DNA of 64,000 bases from an uncultured Pelagibacteraceae bacterium. GTDB taxonomy: Bacteria > Pseudomonadota > Alphaproteobacteria > Pelagibacterales > Pelagibacteraceae. The stretch spans positions 133,854 through 197,853 of the forward strand of contig CACOTF010000001.1 of NCBI GenBank assembly GCA_902630065.1, read 5' to 3'. The notes under the pieces were generated by a model that saw nothing but the letters and a program-made list of their open reading frames with translations, did not search any database and was not told where the DNA came from. The translations under genes were made by a program, and so were the position numbers. Positions 60,213-64,000 of the stretch are shown here, piece by piece; the stretch's first letter is position 1; every line of letters starts with the position of its first letter.

Positions 60213-61563
60213 TGAATTTGACTATAGTAAACTAAGACATACAACATCAGTAGATCAGTCTGATAGAAAAGTACCATACAATTTAAGACAAAGCGGACCT
60301 ACTAAAGTTGAGATGCTAATATCAACAAGAGTAAGGAAGTCTCCATACTGGCATTTATCAATGAAAGCAGGATGTTGGAGAGCAACTGTATATAACAGAA
60401 TTTACCATCCAAGAGGTTATGTTAAACCTGAAGATGGTGGTGCAATGGTTGAGTACGAAGCAATTAAAAACCATGTAACAATGTGGAATGTTGCAGTTGA
60501 AAGACAAATACAAGTTAAAGGACCAGATGCAGAAAAATTTGTTGATTATGTAATTACAAGAGATGCTACAAAAATCTCTCCAATGAGAGCTAGATACGTA
60601 ATTTTGTGTAATGCTTATGGAGGAGTGTTAAATGATCCTATACTATTAAGAATTTCTAAAGATGAATTTTGGTTTAGTTTATCTGATAGTGATATTGGAT
60701 TATATTTACAAGGAGTTAACGCAGATGAAAGGTTTAATGTTCAGATTAATGAAATAGATGCATGTCCAGTCCAAATACAAGGTCCAAAATCAAAAGCATT
60801 AATGAAAGACCTTTGTGGAGATCAAGTTGATTTTGATAATATGCCTTTTTATGGTTTGGCATCTGCAAAAGTTGGTGGAAGAAGTTGTATTATTTCACAA
60901 TCTGGATTTTCTGGAGAAGCTGGTTATGAAATATATTTAAGGGAAGCCACTTTATATGCTGAAGATATGTGGAATACAGTTTTAAAAGCTGGTAAAAAAC
61001 ACAATCTCATGGTCATTGCTCCTGCTCATCATAGAAGAATTCAAGCAGGAATTCTTTCATGGGGACAAGATATGGATAACGAGCATAACCCATTTCAGTG
61101 TAATTTAGGTTATCAAGTTTCATTATCTGGTAAAGGAGAATGGAATAAAACAAGTGATTATGTTGGCAAAAAAGCATTAGAAAAAATGAAAGCTGATATA
61201 AAAGCAGGCCATAAACCTTATAAACTTCAATTAGTAGGATTGGAGTTAGGTGGAAAACCTATTGAGGAATATGCGCCAGACTTTTGGTTAATCTCTGATG
61301 AAAATGGAGGAGAGCCTGTAGGTTTTATAACATCTCCATGGTATCACCCAGAAAAAAAACAAAATATAGCAATGGGTTACGTGCCATTTGATGGGACTCT
61401 TAACGCTAATGGTTTTCCTAAAGGTAAAGTTGGATCAAAGTTTAAAGTTCATTTACCAGAAAAATATTCTGAAAAACCTGGTGAACCTGTAAATGCAGTT
61501 GTAGTAGACATTCCATTCACAGAATCTTACAACGCAAATACAAGAGAGGTTGTAAGCGGATAA
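60205..61563 (+). CDS. GcvT/DmdA-like THF-dependent demethylase/aminomethyltransferase
   Basis: RVRKSPY, WNVAVERQI, LNDPILL, QIQGP and SGFSGEAGYEI; overlaps the metF end. Confidence 0.85.
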   Translation: MSNEFDYSKLRHTTSVDQSDRKVPYNLRQSGPTKVEMLISTRVRKSPYWHLSMKAGCWRATVYNRIYHPRGYVKPEDGGAMVEYEAIKNHVTMWNVAVERQIQVKGPDAEKFVDYVITRDATKISPMRARYVILCNAYGGVLNDPILLRISKDEFWFSLSDSDIGLYLQGVNADERFNVQINEIDACPVQIQGPKSKALMKDLCGDQVDFDNMPFYGLASAKVGGRSCIISQSGFSGEAGYEIYLREATLYAEDMWNTVLKAGKKHNLMVIAPAHHRRIQAGILSWGQDMDNEHNPFQCNLGYQVSLSGKGEWNKTSDYVGKKALEKMKADIKAGHKPYKLQLVGLELGGKPIEEYAPDFWLISDENGGEPVGFITSPWYHPEKKQNIAMGYVPFDGTLNANGFPKGKVGSKFKVHLPEKYSEKPGEPVNAVVVDIPFTESYNANTREVVSG

Positions 61564-61570
61564 AGAATTT

Positions 61571-61592
61571 TAGGGGGGATTTATCCCCCCTA
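61571..61592 (+). terminator. Stem-loop after the GcvT-like gene
   Basis: TAGGGGGGA-TTTA-TCCCCCCTA followed by TTT. Confidence 0.7.
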
Positions 61593-61595
61593 TTT

Positions 61596-61694
61596 ATGAC
61601 AAAAACTTTTTTCATAGTAGTTTGCATTATAATCGCTATTGCACTAATAATATTCCCATTAATCGTTTCGTATAAAGCACAAAAAAAAAAATAA
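61596..61694 (+). CDS. Putative 32 aa single-TM microprotein (not in ORF track)
   Basis: MTKTFFIVVCIIIAIALIIFPLIVSYKAQKKK; fills the gap before the next gene. Confidence 0.45.
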   Translation: MTKTFFIVVCIIIAIALIIFPLIVSYKAQKKK

Positions 61695-61703
61695 AGATAA
61701 TTA

Positions 61704-62249
61704 ATGTTTGCTCAGTTTTTAGATATTGTTTTTAAATCGTTAAAGCTTGATAAAACTCTTTATAGAACTCCAAGATATTACGGAGAAGCTGGAATTTATT
61801 TTGCAATTCTTATCATGATTTTAGATGGGGTTGCTGGTGCTATCGCAGCGAACACAATTGTTAAAACGTCTGTTGGTATATCTGGTTTAACAGCATTATT
61901 AACTTGGCTGGTGTGGGCAATTTTTATATTTGTAATTGGAGTTAAAATTTTTCCTGATAAAGATAGAAAAATTCCATTTAAAAGAGTTCTTATAGCTGTT
62001 GGGTACGCACACGCTCCAGGCCTTATAAGATTTTTTGCTGTCACACCAGAACTAGTTCTTTTAATTATTTTTCTTACTCAATTTTGGATTTTTGCTTCAT
62101 TAATCATTGCAACACGACATATTTTAAATTTAAAATCAAATTTAAAAGCATTTGGAATTGTATTTTTGTCTTTTTTAATTATTTCTTTTTTGACAATTTC
62201 ATTTGTAATGACAAAAATTAATTCATTACCTATAAGTACAAATATTTAA
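61704..62249 (+). CDS. Yip1-like membrane protein
   Basis: About 5 TM segments; GYAHAP and W....LIIA.RH pattern. Confidence 0.7.
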   Translation: MFAQFLDIVFKSLKLDKTLYRTPRYYGEAGIYFAILIMILDGVAGAIAANTIVKTSVGISGLTALLTWLVWAIFIFVIGVKIFPDKDRKIPFKRVLIAVGYAHAPGLIRFFAVTPELVLLIIFLTQFWIFASLIIATRHILNLKSNLKAFGIVFLSFLIISFLTISFVMTKINSLPISTNI

Positions 62250-62413
62250 AGCGGAAATAAAGTTTTAGATGTTCTGCAGGAGTTACAAAGTTTATATCCT
62301 GTGAGTATTAAATTTTGAGTTACTGTCTCATCTTCTTTTTTACATTCATCACAAATATCATTTAATTCATTTTTATCTGATTTGTCCGATTTATATTCAA
62401 AGTTATCAGTCAT
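62246..62413 (-). CDS. Small CxxC...CxxC zinc-finger-like protein, 55 aa (not in ORF track)
   Basis: MTDNFEYKSDKSDKNELNDICDECKKEDETVTQNLILTGYKLCNSCRTSKTLFPL; start overlaps the upstream gene end. Confidence 0.65.
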   Translation of the reverse strand: MTDNFEYKSDKSDKNELNDICDECKKEDETVTQNLILTGYKLCNSCRTSKTLFPL

Positions 62414-63014
62414 TATCTGTTAATCCTGCTCCTGCGGTTTTTTGTTTTAACTCATCTGTTTCTTCAACAAATGTGTTTTCAGATAATTTTGTTAATTCTT
62501 TCCAATCTTCTTCGGAAAAATTATTCTTGTTTTCTAAGAATTGGATTTTGATTACATCAGCTTTTTCTACAACCTCACTACTTAAATAATTTGAATAAAT
62601 TGATTGATTGAAATTTAATAAAAATTCTTTTTGATCTATCTTTAAAAAAATTCTCTTTCCTGTTATTTCCGAAGATCTGCTGACAAACGGCAAAAATATC
62701 AATGGGTAAGCCATTTTTTCAATTTCTATATCATTTAGTTCTTGGATAGAGATAGATTGATCAAAAAAACTTAATCCAAGTTTAATTGGACAGTAAAAGT
62801 TTTGAGGTCTGTTGCTTTTGTTAAAAGATTGGCAATTTTCAAACTTCTCATTATTAAAAATCTTAAAATATTGGTTTATATGTTTTATTCCTGGTAAACC
62901 AAATAACTCGAGTTGCTTGATGTTCTTTCCTATTTCTTCTGCAACTCCCCAGGAGAAACCTTTCGCTTTTGTTGAACGTTTAACAATCGTGTCAATTTCA
63001 CTATAACTTCTCAT
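62406..63014 (-). CDS. DUF3726-like protein
   Basis: S.SEI...KR..KA.G.SWG.AEE N-terminus and GAGLTDND C-terminus. Confidence 0.75.
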   Translation of the reverse strand: MRSYSEIDTIVKRSTKAKGFSWGVAEEIGKNIKQLELFGLPGIKHINQYFKIFNNEKFENCQSFNKSNRPQNFYCPIKLGLSFFDQSISIQELNDIEIEKMAYPLIFLPFVSRSSEITGKRIFLKIDQKEFLLNFNQSIYSNYLSSEVVEKADVIKIQFLENKNNFSEEDWKELTKLSENTFVEETDELKQKTAGAGLTDND

Positions 63015-63022
63015 TAATTACT

Positions 63023-64000
63023 TTAGTTATATATCCAATATTGATTAAATGAATTTAGTTCATTTGGTAATGGAGCTCCTTGAAACATACAAATCCTTAA
63101 CCATTTGTCAGATCTTGGATCAAACTTTACCGCCCCAAAAAAAGATAGTTTAAGTCTTAACATATCAATAGGAACTAATTTTGAGCCAATGGTGTTATCT
63201 TGAATTTCAGAATATGGATATTTCTCTGTTATAAACACTCTTCTTACAATATGTCTTAAATCATTGTTCTGTACTAGAAAATTACCAACCTTTAAGCTGT
63301 TTTTTAAAGTAGAAATAGTTTCATAAAGTTTTTTAATATCTCTAGCAATAGCTGTAGGCTGCTCAAGTTCTGAGCCATTATCTTCAAACCGATCTCCAAT
63401 CCTAGGTTCTTCTTTATTTTTTGAAATGAACCAAAATTTTTTATTATTTTCATTTTTTGAAAAATCAATTTTTAAAATATCTGAATAATTTTTTTCAATT
63501 ATTTCTCTTAGGTCATTTATAGTTCTGTCTACAGGTATATTAAAACTACTATCCTCGTCTGAACTCATTTGAGAAATTAAAGGATCAGTTATTTTATTAT
63601 ATGGCTCCATCATTATAGAAACCAAATACTCAACTCCTTCTTCGGATAAATTTTCCTCCGCCCAATTGTATAATTTGTCGAATATATAAAAATTTGATTT
63701 ATGAATATTGTCTTTCAAATAATTGATTAAATTTTGTAAATCATTAATTAAATTCTCAATTTTCTTCTTTTGATATTCACTATCAGTATTCCATGAAGTT
63801 ACATTTTTTAAAGATTTTGTTAAACAGTTGTAAAAAATTTTAAACTCTTCTTCTGATACTTTTTCTATTTCTCTTATTTTTTTTAAAGCTGTCTCTTTAG
63901 CTAGAATCCAATTATTTAACAATGAAGGGTGGTTTACAATAAATGGTGCCATTCCCAATCCAGTTGAATTACCAATTCCTAAATTTCTGCAAATATCCAA
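63023..64000 (-). CDS. Conserved hypothetical protein (5' end outside the window)
   Basis: Frame open to the window edge; GIGNSTGLGMAPF..NHP, KEEPRIGDR and FFGA.KFDPRSD.W.RI.MFQGAP look like conserved blocks. Confidence 0.75.
   Translation of the reverse strand: MDICRNLGIGNSTGLGMAPFIVNHPSLLNNWILAKETALKKIREIEKVSEEEFKIFYNCLTKSLKNVTSWNTDSEYQKKKIENLINDLQNLINYLKDNIHKSNFYIFDKLYNWAEENLSEEGVEYLVSIMMEPYNKITDPLISQMSSDEDSSFNIPVDRTINDLREIIEKNYSDILKIDFSKNENNKKFWFISKNKEEPRIGDRFEDNGSELEQPTAIARDIKKLYETISTLKNSLKVGNFLVQNNDLRHIVRRVFITEKYPYSEIQDNTIGSKLVPIDMLRLKLSFFGAVKFDPRSDKWLRICMFQGAPLPNELNSFNQYWIYN

Noticed and set aside
1-64000. CRISPR arrays, IS elements, prophage, rRNA, frameshifted pseudogenes
   Set aside because: No repeat-spacer pattern, transposase, integrase or phage genes; long A/T runs stay in frame within intact ORFs

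Overview
A very AT-rich, gene-dense 64 kb chromosomal segment with tiny intergenic gaps and many overlapping stop/start codons. Gene content and streamlining point to a SAR11/Pelagibacterales alphaproteobacterium (inference). It holds transporters (TRAP, tripartite tricarboxylate, polar amino-acid ABC without a local ATPase, Fe3+ SfuABC with Fur-like boxes) and one tRNA with a CAT anticodon. A polyamine/methylthioadenosine cluster (speD-speE fusion, class II aldolase-SDR fusion, mtnA, mtnP, apt) encloses a TrpB2 + DUF1015 pair. There is also a haloacetate dehalogenase-TauD-AEC operon. A ~15 kb co-oriented block covers methyl/sulfur metabolism: egtB-egtD, methyltransferase, Rieske oxygenase, split kinase/nucleotidyltransferase, a SELENBP1-like methanethiol oxidase with ferredoxin and two CoA-binding proteins, a dimethylglycine-type dehydrogenase, ETF and ETF-QO, faced by divergent metF plus a GcvT/DmdA-like demethylase. 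No mobile element, CRISPR array or rRNA is seen. Four small ORFs below the track's size cut-off were read by hand, two with Cys metal-binding motifs. Best candidates for undescribed biology: TrpB2-DUF1015 as a serine-kinase-fed salvage module, an aldolase-SDR route for MTA salvage, the cytoplasmic SBP56-ferredoxin module, and a CxxCxxxC microprotein inside the iron-uptake operon. Family assignments come from motif recognition, not database searches.
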